The notes under the pieces were generated by a model, which made no database searches, was not told the DNA's origin, and saw only the letters and a list, made by a program, of their open reading frames with translations. A program made the translations under genes and the position numbers. From Dehalococcoidia bacterium (GTDB lineage: Bacteria; Chloroflexota; Dehalococcoidia; Lucifugimonadales; UBA3495), in assembly GCA_965226875.1 (NCBI GenBank), contig OZ245439.1:3955818-4019817 (forward strand): a DNA stretch of 64,000 nucleotides, given 5' to 3'. Shown piece by piece: positions 8,662 through 17,863 of the stretch. Position 1 is the first letter of the stretch. The number at the start of each line of letters is the position of its first letter.

Positions 8662-9889
8662 CGCGCCGCTGCGCGTGATGTACCTGACTCCCTACTACCG
8701 CCCATACCTGGGCGGCATAGAACGCGCCATCGAGGAGCTTTCCCACCAGATACAGGCATCTCCAGAGGTTGAGGCGGTGGGAGTGCTCACTACCAAGTAT
8801 TCCTTCCCCCGCGTGGCCCAACCCGACTGGCCCGACCGTGAGACGCTGCCCGATGGGGTCGAGGTCTTCCGCTTGCCCGGCTTTCCGCGCTGGTCGCCGC
8901 CCTTGTACTCGGTGCCGCTGGTCTGGTTTTCGCCGCGACGGGTGCGGCAGTATCTCGACGAGTTCCGGCCCAACGTCATCCACTTCGTCGGCGACGGCTG
9001 GTTCTGGGGGCATTACTGGGCCCGGTTCCACTGGCGGGGACGGGCGCGGTTCGTGTTTACGCCGTCCTTCCACACCCTGCCCCTGGTGCGCTGGTGGTTG
9101 GCCCCGATCAACGCCGCTCTGTGCCGGACGGTGGACGACATCGTGCCGCTGACAGAGCAGGAATCGAGAGGGCTGCGCCGCGCCTACCTTGCGCCCCGCC
9201 ACAAGCTCGGCATCATCGGTTGGGGAGCGCCTCCGCCCAACCCTGCGGTCATCGAATCGGTCCGCCTGGAGCTGGGGGCGGAGGTGACCGGCAAAGAGGA
9301 CATTCACCCGCCGGGGCAGCCCGCGTCGCGGAATGGGCAAGCCGGGCGGACGGTGACCATCCTCTGCGTGGGCCGGCTGGGGCGGCACAAGGGCCAGTTG
9401 TGGCTCTTGGACGTCTACCGCGAGGCGCGCCGCAGCTTCAACAAGCCGGTGCGCCTGGTGCTGGTGGGCCGCGACGAGGGCGACGCCACTGCCATCGCCG
9501 ATTTCATTGAGGAGCACCGGCTCGGCGGCGAAGTGGTCGTGACTGGCGAGGTCTCCGACGAAGAACTGGCCCGGTGGTACGCCCGCGCCAACCTGTTCGT
9601 CCTGTTCTCTCACTACGAGGCCTTCGGGCTGGTGTACTTCGAGGCGATGGCCTACGGAGCGCCGGTGTTGACCCACGACGTTGGCTCCAACCGGGAACTG
9701 CTGCACCGGGGCGCGGTGGTGACGCCCCGCTTCGACCGCCAGGCCGCGGCCGCCAGCCTCACCGAGCTGGTCAACGACGACGACGCCCGCCAGCAACTGG
9801 CCACCGACGCCAGCGACTACGCCCTCGCCGAGTTCACCTGGCCCGCCGTCGCCGAAAAGTACCTGGCGCTGTACCGGCGCAGTCGGTAG
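8654..9889 (+). CDS. Glycosyltransferase, GT4 (GT-B fold)
   Basis: 411 aa. N-terminal VMYLTPYYRPYLGGIE. C-terminal EAFGLVYFEAMAYGAPVL (E-x7-E region). Overlaps the purL end by 8 nt. Confidence 0.88.
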   Translation: MPSAPLRVMYLTPYYRPYLGGIERAIEELSHQIQASPEVEAVGVLTTKYSFPRVAQPDWPDRETLPDGVEVFRLPGFPRWSPPLYSVPLVWFSPRRVRQYLDEFRPNVIHFVGDGWFWGHYWARFHWRGRARFVFTPSFHTLPLVRWWLAPINAALCRTVDDIVPLTEQESRGLRRAYLAPRHKLGIIGWGAPPPNPAVIESVRLELGAEVTGKEDIHPPGQPASRNGQAGRTVTILCVGRLGRHKGQLWLLDVYREARRSFNKPVRLVLVGRDEGDATAIADFIEEHRLGGEVVVTGEVSDEELARWYARANLFVLFSHYEAFGLVYFEAMAYGAPVLTHDVGSNRELLHRGAVVTPRFDRQAAAASLTELVNDDDARQQLATDASDYALAEFTWPAVAEKYLALYRRSR

Positions 9890-10062
9890 GTCCGGGGATT
9901 GAGGTTCAGGAATCGTCGAGTCCGGCTGGTCCAATTTAGCCTATAATAAAGCGCACTCCAGCTCGTTCCACGGCCCAGCGATGACGCTATGACCAGCAGG
10001 CTGACCCAGCAACAAATCGCCGCCGGGGAACTTCACCTGATAGTGGAAACGGAGGGTTTCAC

Positions 10063-11319
10063 ATGACGAGCGCCATATCGCAGGAGCAACTGGAAGAGGG
10101 AGCGCGGCGCATACTGCTGTCGAACCTGCGGCAGGGGGTGGCCGACTGGAACGGCAAGGAGTACAGCTTCGTCTGCCCCTCGCTGACGGGCTATCCCTTC
10201 CAGTGGTTCTGGGACTCCTGCTTCCACGCCATCGCCCTGCTGCACCTCGACCCCGAGCAGGCCAAGAAGGAGATGCGCTCGCTGATGAGCGGCGCCCAGC
10301 CCAGCGGCTTCATCCCCCACATCATCTTCTGGGAAATGGAGAAGCAGCCCGACTTCCTCAGCCGCAACATCGTCGGCATGACCGAGCCGTATTACAGCGC
10401 GACCATCCAGCCGCCGATCATCGCCTACGCCGTGGCGCGGGTGTACCGCGCGACGGGGGATGAGGAATTCCTGGCGGAAGCCCTGCCCATCCTGACAGCC
10501 TACTACCGCTACCTGCGGGAGGCCCGCGACCCCGACAACGACGGGCTGATCGCCGCCATCCAGCCCGAGGAGGCGGGCACCGACTGCTCGCCCAAGTACG
10601 ACGAAATCCTCGGGCTGGAGGAGCTGAGCAACCGGGGCTTCATCACTGCGCTGCGGAAGGTCTATGCCGCCTACGAGACCCTGCGGCACGACGACCACGC
10701 CGTGCTGGCCGCCGACATATTCCACGTCGAGGACGTGCTGGTCAACTCCATCTACTGCTTCTCCATGCGCGCGCTGGCCCGGCTCCATGCCGAAAGCGCG
10801 GGGGAAGACTCGCCGGAGGCCGCCGAGTTCAACCGGGAGGCCGACAAGACCCTGAACGCGCTGGTGGAGAAGTGCTGGGACAAGGAGGCAGGGGCCTTCT
10901 TCGACCTGTCGGGGGTGGACGAGAAGCCGCTGAAGACCGTGACCATCTCATCGCTGATGCCGCTGATAATGGCGGACCTGCCCCGGCCCATTGTGGAGCG
11001 GCTGGTGGAGGACTGGGTGCGGAAGCCGGAGCACTTCTGGACGCCCTACCCGCTGCCTTCGGTGCCGGCGTCGGACCCCAAGTTCATGCCGGGCAACCCC
11101 GGCGGCTTCATCTGGCGCGGGCCGTCGTGGATCAACACCAACTACTTCCTGTCCCACTCCCTGCGGGGCCACGGCTACCCGGAGTTGAGCGAGCCGCTGG
11201 TCGAGAAGAGCCGGGAGTGCATCGCCAAGTCGGGCTTCCGCGAGTACTACCACCCCTACACCGCCGAGGGCCTCGGCGCCAGGGACTTCGGCTGGTCGAC
11301 GCTGATTTTGGATTTTTAA
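10063..11319 (+). CDS. GH63-like six-hairpin glycoside hydrolase (mannosyl/glucosyl-glycerate hydrolase-like)
   Basis: 418 aa. FQWFWDSCFHAIAL, SGFIPHIIFW and GPSWINTNYF motifs typical of GH63/trehalase-like (alpha/alpha)6 enzymes. Strong GGAGG RBS. Confidence 0.65.
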   Translation: MTSAISQEQLEEGARRILLSNLRQGVADWNGKEYSFVCPSLTGYPFQWFWDSCFHAIALLHLDPEQAKKEMRSLMSGAQPSGFIPHIIFWEMEKQPDFLSRNIVGMTEPYYSATIQPPIIAYAVARVYRATGDEEFLAEALPILTAYYRYLREARDPDNDGLIAAIQPEEAGTDCSPKYDEILGLEELSNRGFITALRKVYAAYETLRHDDHAVLAADIFHVEDVLVNSIYCFSMRALARLHAESAGEDSPEAAEFNREADKTLNALVEKCWDKEAGAFFDLSGVDEKPLKTVTISSLMPLIMADLPRPIVERLVEDWVRKPEHFWTPYPLPSVPASDPKFMPGNPGGFIWRGPSWINTNYFLSHSLRGHGYPELSEPLVEKSRECIAKSGFREYYHPYTAEGLGARDFGWSTLILDF

Positions 11320-11344
11320 GGGGATTCCGGAAAATGCTCTGTAT

Positions 11345-11375
11345 GGGGCGCACGGGTGTGCGCCCCTAGTTTTTT
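11345..11375 (+). terminator. Rho-independent terminator
   Basis: GGGGCGCAC-GGGT-GTGCGCCCC followed by TAGTTTTTT, 25 nt after the GH63-like stop. Confidence 0.75.
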
Positions 11376-11587
11376 GGCCGCAGGTCAGTTCGGCGCGAGG
11401 AGTTGGGGTGGCCTAGTGTTCGGGGTTGGCCTTTTTGATAGATTGAAAGGCCGCTGCATCGTTGCGCCTGTCCGAGCGCAAAAAGAGGAAATCTCTTCGC
11501 GGCGCTTCCTCTGCCCCAAGAAAAGATTCCCTCGATTGCGGCTGCGTGGAACGGCACTGCCAGGCACCGTTACATCAATCGCCTCTT

Positions 11588-13654
11588 CTAGCTGCGCAGT
11601 AGGCGGCTGGTGAAGGGGCGGCGGCGGACGGAGCGCGGCTGAGGCTCGTCGTCGTCCTCGTCGGCGTCGTTCGCAGCGGGTGGAGGCTCGGGTTCCGCTG
11701 TAGCGTCCTGGGTGCCGTCTGCCAGCGCGGCGGGTTCTGGTTCCCCGGCAGCGTCCTCGCTGCCGTCAACCAGCGCGAGCTGCTCGGCTTCCGCCTCCGG
11801 CTGTTGCTCTTCGTGCGACTGCGGCTCGGCCACGTCATCGGCTGGCGGGGCCTGCTCCCCGTCGGGTTCCACGGGCGGCGGCGTGTTGGCGGCCGGGCCG
11901 AGGCGGGCTACCAGCATCCGGCGCACCAGCTCGTTTTCGCGCTCCAGGTTGAAGGTGCTGCGCTGGCGACGGCGCCCGCTGGCCTCGTCGCGCCAGGTAT
12001 GGGTTGCCCGGCGGAAGAAACCGCCGTCGGACAGGCCGCGCAGCATCCTGCCGACGTAATCGCGGGTGCCGGAGTCGCTCCAGCGTCCGGCGATCTGCTC
12101 GTTGCCGGCGGCCAGCCCCTGCTCCAGGGCGGTGCAGACCTCGGCCACCAGGAAGTTGAAGGCCACGTGGCTCACGCCTTGCCGGTGCTCCAGGTGGTCG
12201 GCCATGACCATGAGGTCGGATACCCGCTCCGGGCTGTGTCCGTCCTGCGGTTCGGCGGGCAGCGCGAAGGAGGACAGGGCCTCCCGGACAGCGGCGGCCA
12301 ACTCCTCGTCGTTGCCGAAAACATCCTCGGGCTCGGGTTCTTCCGCTGCTTCGGCTGTCGCGGCGTAAGGAGCGGCCTCTTCGTCCTCCGTCTCCGCAAC
12401 CTCGGAAAAGTCCGGCACGGCCTCCGGCTCCAATGCAGTCAGGCCATACGCCGCTGCCGCCGCTGCTATCGCTGTCAGGTCGAAGTCCGTTGCGGCGGTC
12501 TCCTCCAGCGTTTCGCCGTAGACCGGCTCGTCGGCATCTTCATCCGACTCTTGAGTCTCGTCCATTTCTTCCGTGGCGTCAGCGGAATCGGCGTCGAGCG
12601 TCCCGCCGTGGCGGCGGCGTCCGCCGCGCCGGCGGCCGGGCCTGGCGGCCACACCCGAGGGGACCTCCTCGGTGGTGCCTTCCGGTGTTTCCTCGTCGGC
12701 CATGATGGCCCAGTCCACCAGTCCGGCGTGAATCAGCTTGATGTTGCCGTCCTCGGCGGCGCGGGCCATCAGCTTCTTGAAGCCGGAGAAGCCCAGCTTC
12801 TTCTCATCGAAGCTGGGGTAGCGGCGCATCAGTCGCTGCTTGATGGAGGTCAGCAGCGGATTGCCGCCGACGGCGCGCTCGTCGCGGATAATCTCCTCGA
12901 TGGCGCGGATGACATCGGCCAGTTCCGGCGCGTCGGTGGGCGTCTCAGGCGGCGGTGCGTGCTGCGGCAGCACTGCCGGCTGCGGGGCCAGCGGGTCCAC
13001 GTCCTTGTCGTACAGCACCAGCGAATCCACCTGGTCGGCCAGCCGTCGCGAGGTGCTCCACGACACTCCGATGATGACTACATGTTTCCCCATGGTGCGC
13101 AGGGCGTTGACCACGTGCAGGAAGTCGGAGTCGCCGGACACCAGCACGAAGGTGCCGATGTTGGGGTAGGAGTGGGCGCACTCGATGCAGTCGGCGGTCA
13201 TCTTGACGTCGACGCTGTTCTTGACGCGGTAGGTGCGCATACCGTTGGCGGAGGAGGCTTGGGTGGAGGGGATGCGGGTGGGAACGAAGACGGGCTCGAT
13301 GCCAGCCGCGTAGAGGGAGGGCGGGTCGTTGATGAACTGGCTGGCGCCTCGAAGCTCCGGGGCGCGGGTCACCCAGTCGGCATAGGCCTTGGCGACCACC
13401 ATGCGGCCCTGGTTGGAGACTTCTTCTTTCAGTGACGACAGGTTCGGCGTACGGTTGCCGGCAGCGAGGCTAATCTTGAAGTTTTCCCAGTCGATGAACA
13501 GTGCGACGTCGCCGCCGCGAATTTTAGGTTCAACCATGTGCCTGATACTTCCAGCCTGCTGGTTCGAGGGGAGTGTCGGAACGGCAGTCCCCCCAATGAC
13601 AGATAGGTTAGATTTTGCCATAGTCAGTTTAGGGGATGGCGGGCGGGGCGTCAA
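11588..13654 (-). CDS. NYN (LabA-like) ribonuclease domain + OST-HTH/LOTUS domain protein with long acidic low-complexity region
   Basis: VALFIDWENF...AKAYADW...LVSGDSDFLHVVNALRTMGKHVVIIG matches the NYN/LabA pattern. IKQRLMRRYPSFDEKKLGFSGFKKLM matches LOTUS. The start is uncertain, with alternative ATGs at 13621 and 13537. Confidence 0.85.
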   Translation of the reverse strand: MTPRPPSPKLTMAKSNLSVIGGTAVPTLPSNQQAGSIRHMVEPKIRGGDVALFIDWENFKISLAAGNRTPNLSSLKEEVSNQGRMVVAKAYADWVTRAPELRGASQFINDPPSLYAAGIEPVFVPTRIPSTQASSANGMRTYRVKNSVDVKMTADCIECAHSYPNIGTFVLVSGDSDFLHVVNALRTMGKHVVIIGVSWSTSRRLADQVDSLVLYDKDVDPLAPQPAVLPQHAPPPETPTDAPELADVIRAIEEIIRDERAVGGNPLLTSIKQRLMRRYPSFDEKKLGFSGFKKLMARAAEDGNIKLIHAGLVDWAIMADEETPEGTTEEVPSGVAARPGRRRGGRRRHGGTLDADSADATEEMDETQESDEDADEPVYGETLEETAATDFDLTAIAAAAAAYGLTALEPEAVPDFSEVAETEDEEAAPYAATAEAAEEPEPEDVFGNDEELAAAVREALSSFALPAEPQDGHSPERVSDLMVMADHLEHRQGVSHVAFNFLVAEVCTALEQGLAAGNEQIAGRWSDSGTRDYVGRMLRGLSDGGFFRRATHTWRDEASGRRRQRSTFNLERENELVRRMLVARLGPAANTPPPVEPDGEQAPPADDVAEPQSHEEQQPEAEAEQLALVDGSEDAAGEPEPAALADGTQDATAEPEPPPAANDADEDDDEPQPRSVRRRPFTSRLLRS

Positions 13655-13745
13655 CGCGGGGGCGTGCTCCCGCGCTGGAATGTGGTCGCGGCCTATGCGC
13701 CAAGGGTCTCAAAGACATGATTGAGGATTAGTTATTTTTGTAGTG

Positions 13746-13785
13746 CCGCTCAAATCCGCTCATTTCCGCTCATTTCCTATCATTT
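13746..13785. repeat. Four tandem 10-bp repeats (CCGCTCAAAT CCGCTCATTT CCGCTCATTT CCTATCATTT)
   Basis: Direct reading. The helical-period spacing is iteron- or operator-like. Lies at the edge of the low-GC island. Confidence 0.7.
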
Positions 13786-14062
13786 TTCTGCCGCTGCTCG
13801 ATCTGGAACCTCACCGGAGGAGTAGCTGTTGTGGGACGGAAATTCTTGGTCCCCGTCCCATTTCGTCCCACTTGGCTTGTCTGGCCGGGTCGGGGGTGCC
13901 GCTGGACTGCGGGGATGGACGGTATGTTCGGGATCAGGCACTGGAACCATGTTAGGAGGGTGTCATGAGGCTTGGCAAGGAGCAAGTGTCAGTGGCCTTG
14001 GGAAGCTAGAGGTGAGAAAGTTCGTGGAAGCAAATTCTGAATTAGAATCATTCCAGGGCCGA

Positions 14063-14527
14063 TCAATCTATTCCTCTACTGGCTTGCTCGATGTCATTCC
14101 GTGCCGTGCGATTCAGATGCCTGGCCTTCCACTTCGACTCTGACTTTAGTGCGTTGGCGTACTGCGTGATCAAGTCAGTGTAGCTGGCGTCGTAGTCTGG
14201 TATGCGAACGTCAGCATGCCATAGGTTGCGAGGGTCCGCCGATGGCGATGGAAGAACATCCATGCCGTTTGAGCGAACCAAATCAGAGGTGAAAGAATAC
14301 CATCCGTAAAAACTGCGGTTCTCACCACGGGATTTGGCGGCATCATCGTGTATGTCTCCCAAGACGTCTAAATCCGCAAAATCCAATCTGTCGACGGAAA
14401 AAGCACCGCTCCCATGGGTAATCGCATCCTCAAATAAGCGTGCCCTCGGCCTTTCACGCCCTGCATTACCGCTGTCAAAAACGCCATGGCCTAGTTTTTC
14501 CTGTTCTTCTACCCTATCTGGGTTCAT
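14063..14527 (-). CDS. Hypothetical protein (third gene of low-GC orphan operon)
   Basis: 154-aa ORF in a visibly lower-GC segment. Its start overlaps the upstream gene stop (ATGA). Weak hGS-x11-DhDh pattern (THGSGAFSVDRLDFADLDVL). No family recognised. Confidence 0.6.
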   Translation of the reverse strand: MNPDRVEEQEKLGHGVFDSGNAGRERPRARLFEDAITHGSGAFSVDRLDFADLDVLGDIHDDAAKSRGENRSFYGWYSFTSDLVRSNGMDVLPSPSADPRNLWHADVRIPDYDASYTDLITQYANALKSESKWKARHLNRTARNDIEQASRGID

Positions 14528-15093
14528 TTGTCAGAAGGATACTTAACGCCGACAGATAGCGGGCTTGGCCAGACTTGGCGCAGGCCTTGCTTCACGAAAT
14601 CATCAGGCAAGAAACTTGAATCGTCATATCGGGCATGGCGCGAAACCCGATTCACTGTAACCACGCACAGAGCCGTTCCTTCTGGCTCACAGACTACGAG
14701 CATTGACTTACCGAATTCCCCATCCACACCTATGCCCACACGACCTTCAGACATGGAGTAGGCGTCGTAGCTCGCGGAACGATATTTGTGCATTTCTTGT
14801 AGAATACGTCTGGTTTCGGCTACTACTCCTACAGCTGGTACTTGATAGCCCATGTCGTGGGCATCAGACGCGATATCGTCCAGACATGCAATTGCATCCG
14901 CAATGCCCTGATCTTGGGTCTGGTCAATTTCAGCGTGCTCAGCAATTCCGCCACGACCTTGAGTGATCCCAAATTTCGATCCGAATCTCCGCTTCGAAAT
15001 TTCGGCGAGATGGTCCTCGAATTCGTGGTCAACCGGGCTACGCCAACGGTTTTGGTCGCTCGAGTCCCAGTGGCAATCCAGCGCTGTCTCCAT
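14524..15093 (-). CDS. Hypothetical protein (second gene of low-GC orphan operon)
   Basis: 189-aa ORF translationally coupled to the downstream gene. No family recognised. Confidence 0.6.
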   Translation of the reverse strand: METALDCHWDSSDQNRWRSPVDHEFEDHLAEISKRRFGSKFGITQGRGGIAEHAEIDQTQDQGIADAIACLDDIASDAHDMGYQVPAVGVVAETRRILQEMHKYRSASYDAYSMSEGRVGIGVDGEFGKSMLVVCEPEGTALCVVTVNRVSRHARYDDSSFLPDDFVKQGLRQVWPSPLSVGVKYPSDK

Positions 15094-15109
15094 TTTGTTC
15101 AGCCTCCCG

Positions 15110-15793
15110 TCACACTAAGAACCGAGTCGAGATGGAGCGACATCTATCGCGCAGAGATCGAAGCGACTTCCGGCTCAGATCCGAAGAAGTCTCAAAATGG
15201 ATTATGTGCGTGATAGTGTCTTGGTCCTCTGAGAGATTTACCAAGTTTCGGAAACGAACGCCTTCATCATCTCGTAGGCTAAACTCAATTCCCTCTATGT
15301 GTGTAGCACCCCGTTCGGGATCTGGGAATACCAGCGGTATAGGTAGCGACACTTTAGAGAAGTACCCCTCAGATCTTTCGTATTCAAATATCGAATGACA
15401 ACTAAGCTCAAAGGACCCAAGATGCTCTGAGGCTCCATCTATCAGTGCTGACAAAGGTTTGTAGTCCCGTGGGGGGCGGGGTAGGCTGCTGCCGGTTTGT
15501 TCGTATGAAATATCTAAGGTATAGGTAATGGCACCCCCTTGGTTCCTCCTGAGCAAAGTTCCTCCAGCCTTTTGTGCGACCCCGCCGCTGGTGAACTTGG
15601 AACCAAACGATGCTAGCCGAGGAGAAGCGTCTGGATAACGATGAAAATGGCTCTCGGACATCAAATCTATGATTTGGGCTTCTCTTTCTTCAGGTACAGT
15701 GCACTGACCGGTTAACCGGAAATAGACACAGTTAAATTTTGGGAGGTTCAGATTCATGGCTTCGCTATGGAAACTCTGGCTTATACGGCTCAA
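15110..15793 (-). CDS. Hypothetical protein (first gene of low-GC orphan operon)
   Basis: 227-aa ORF from a TTG start. The ATG at 15757 is more likely the real start given the promoter-like motif at 15808-15836. No family recognised. Confidence 0.6.
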   Translation of the reverse strand: MSRISQSFHSEAMNLNLPKFNCVYFRLTGQCTVPEEREAQIIDLMSESHFHRYPDASPRLASFGSKFTSGGVAQKAGGTLLRRNQGGAITYTLDISYEQTGSSLPRPPRDYKPLSALIDGASEHLGSFELSCHSIFEYERSEGYFSKVSLPIPLVFPDPERGATHIEGIEFSLRDDEGVRFRNLVNLSEDQDTITHIIHFETSSDLSRKSLRSLRDRCRSISTRFLV

Positions 15794-15807
15794 CCTGGAT
15801 AGCTGTT

Positions 15808-15836
15808 AGTATCATAGGCTCAAAAAGCCTTGTCAA
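15808..15836 (-). promoter_or_regulatory. Sigma70-like promoter candidate for the orphan operon
   Basis: Minus strand reads TTGACA-17 nt-GATACT (rc of 15831-15836 and 15808-13). Confidence 0.35.
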
Positions 15837-16119
15837 TTAGAGTCCTGACCCGTTCTGTCATGTTGTTAGCTCGATTACCCACCCTACTCTCTCAGGTAGA
15901 ATTCAAGCGGGATTAATCTTCCCTACTGGTGATATGTAATACGGCAAAACACGAGAGTTAGTTTCAGCACGGAAACTTCTTCGGCTAGGGGTCTCAAAGC
16001 GTCTTCTAGCCAGGATAGCATCCGGTCAATTCTGATTTGGCTTGACAACGCGCCGCCCTATCCCTGATTGTCACCCTTGTATCGTTTGCGGCGAATACTG
16101 GTTACAGGAGAGTTGACCC

Positions 16120-16935
16120 ATGGCGGAGCGTGCTCCCAGGCTTGAAGGCAAGGTGGCGATCATTACCGGCGCGGGGTCCAGCGGCGAGGGCATCGGCAAC
16201 GGCAAGGCGGCGGCGATTCTGATGGCCCGCGAGGGCGCAAAGGTGCTGCTGGTGGACCAGGTGGAGTCCCGCGCCCAGGAAACGCTGGACATCATCAAGT
16301 CCGAGGGCGGCGTGGCGTCCACCTTCCAGGGCGACATGACCAGCCTGGACGACTGCGAGCGCATGGCCCAAGCCGCCATCGACCGCTACGGGGGAGTGGA
16401 CATCCTCGACAACAACGTGGGCATCTCGCAGCGCGGCACCGTCGTTGAAGTCAGCGAGGCCGACTGGGACCGGGTGATGACGGTCAACCTCAAGACCATG
16501 GTACTGGCGGCCAAGGCGGTCATCCCCAGGATGATCTCGACCGGCGGCGGCTCCATCATCAACATCTCGTCCATCGCCGGGCTGCGCGCCCACATGAGCA
16601 CGCCCTACACCGCGTCCAAGGCCGGGGTCATCGGCCTGACCATCTCCATGGCCGCCGACCACGCCCAAGACAACATCCGCGTCAACGCCATCGCGCCGGG
16701 TCTGGTCTACACGCCGATGGTCGCGCCGCGGATGGACGACGACCTGCGCCAGTACCGCCGCAACTCGGCGCCGATGCAGGTAGAGGGCACAGGCTGGGAT
16801 ATCGGCTACGCGGCGCTGTTCCTGGCCAGCGACGAGGCCCGCTGGATCACCGGCATCGTGCTTCCCGTGGACGCCGGTCTGTGCGCCGTCCACCCCGGCA
16901 CCTACTCCCCCATGAACCAGCAGACACGGTACTAG
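16120..16935 (+). CDS. SDR-family oxidoreductase
   Basis: 271 aa. VAIITGAGSSGEGIG Rossmann motif, NNVG, S...YTASKAG catalytic pattern. Confidence 0.92.
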   Translation: MAERAPRLEGKVAIITGAGSSGEGIGNGKAAAILMAREGAKVLLVDQVESRAQETLDIIKSEGGVASTFQGDMTSLDDCERMAQAAIDRYGGVDILDNNVGISQRGTVVEVSEADWDRVMTVNLKTMVLAAKAVIPRMISTGGGSIINISSIAGLRAHMSTPYTASKAGVIGLTISMAADHAQDNIRVNAIAPGLVYTPMVAPRMDDDLRQYRRNSAPMQVEGTGWDIGYAALFLASDEARWITGIVLPVDAGLCAVHPGTYSPMNQQTRY

Positions 16936-16950
16936 CGAGGGCGTTCGAGA

Positions 16951-16990
16951 CACCCCCACCCTAGCGTCCCCCCCAGGGGAAGGGAATTAT
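16951..16990. repeat. REP1 element
   Basis: CACCCCCACCCTAGCGTCCCCCC-CAGG-GGAAGGGAATTAT. Confidence 0.75.
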
Positions 16991-17006
16991 AGATTCGGTG
17001 AGGTGA

Positions 17007-17759
17007 TTGGCTATGCGTCTCGAAGGAAAAGTTGCGCTGATCAGCGGCGGCGCCCGCGGAATGGGAGCGGAGGAGGCTCTGCTGTTCGCCCGTGAGGGCG
17101 CGAAGGTGGTTATCGGCGACGTGCTGGAGGGCGAGGGCCGGGACGTTGCGGCGTCCATTCCGGGCGGCGCCGCCATATTCGTGCGGCTGGACGTTACGAA
17201 GGAAGAGGACTGGCGACGCGCCGTGTCTCTCGCCCAGGAGGTCTACAAGCGGCTCGATATACTGGTGAACAACGCCGGGGTCAGCGCGGTCGGCGGCATC
17301 GAGGACACGACCGTGGAGGAGTGGGACCGCGTGATGGAGGTCAACGCCAAGGGGGTGTTCCTGGGCACGCGCGAGGCCATCCCGGCGATGCAGCGAGCCG
17401 GTGGCGGCTCCATCATCAACATCTCGTCGCAGCTGGGCATCGTGGCGATGAGGGAGTCCAGCCCTCAGTACATCGCCTCCAAGGGAGCGGTGCGGCTGCT
17501 CACCAAGTCCACGGCCATCCAGTACGCGGCCGACGGCATACGCTGCAACTCGGTGCACCCCGGCCCCATCGTGACGCCGATGACCGAGGGCCGCCGCTCC
17601 GACCCGGCGGTGCAGGAACTGATGGAGTCGCGCATCCCCCTGGGCCGATACGGCGAAGCCATCGACGTCGCCTACGGAGTCCTGTACCTGGCCTCCGACG
17701 AATCATCCTTCGTAACTGGCAGCGAGCTGGTCATAGACGGCGGCTGGGTGGCGCAGTAG
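17007..17759 (+). CDS. SDR-family oxidoreductase (FabG / hydroxysteroid dehydrogenase-like)
   Basis: 250 aa. VALISGGARGMG, NNAG, S...YIASKGA. Confidence 0.92.
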   Translation: MAMRLEGKVALISGGARGMGAEEALLFAREGAKVVIGDVLEGEGRDVAASIPGGAAIFVRLDVTKEEDWRRAVSLAQEVYKRLDILVNNAGVSAVGGIEDTTVEEWDRVMEVNAKGVFLGTREAIPAMQRAGGGSIINISSQLGIVAMRESSPQYIASKGAVRLLTKSTAIQYAADGIRCNSVHPGPIVTPMTEGRRSDPAVQELMESRIPLGRYGEAIDVAYGVLYLASDESSFVTGSELVIDGGWVAQ

Positions 17760-17863
17760 CGGCCAGGCGGCTGGGCGTTACGCCTCTGCTCCGTTTATAT
17801 CAATTTATATCAATCCACAATTTAGGTTGTGGACGGCCGGAAGCGGCAATGCAAAGCGCCTAG

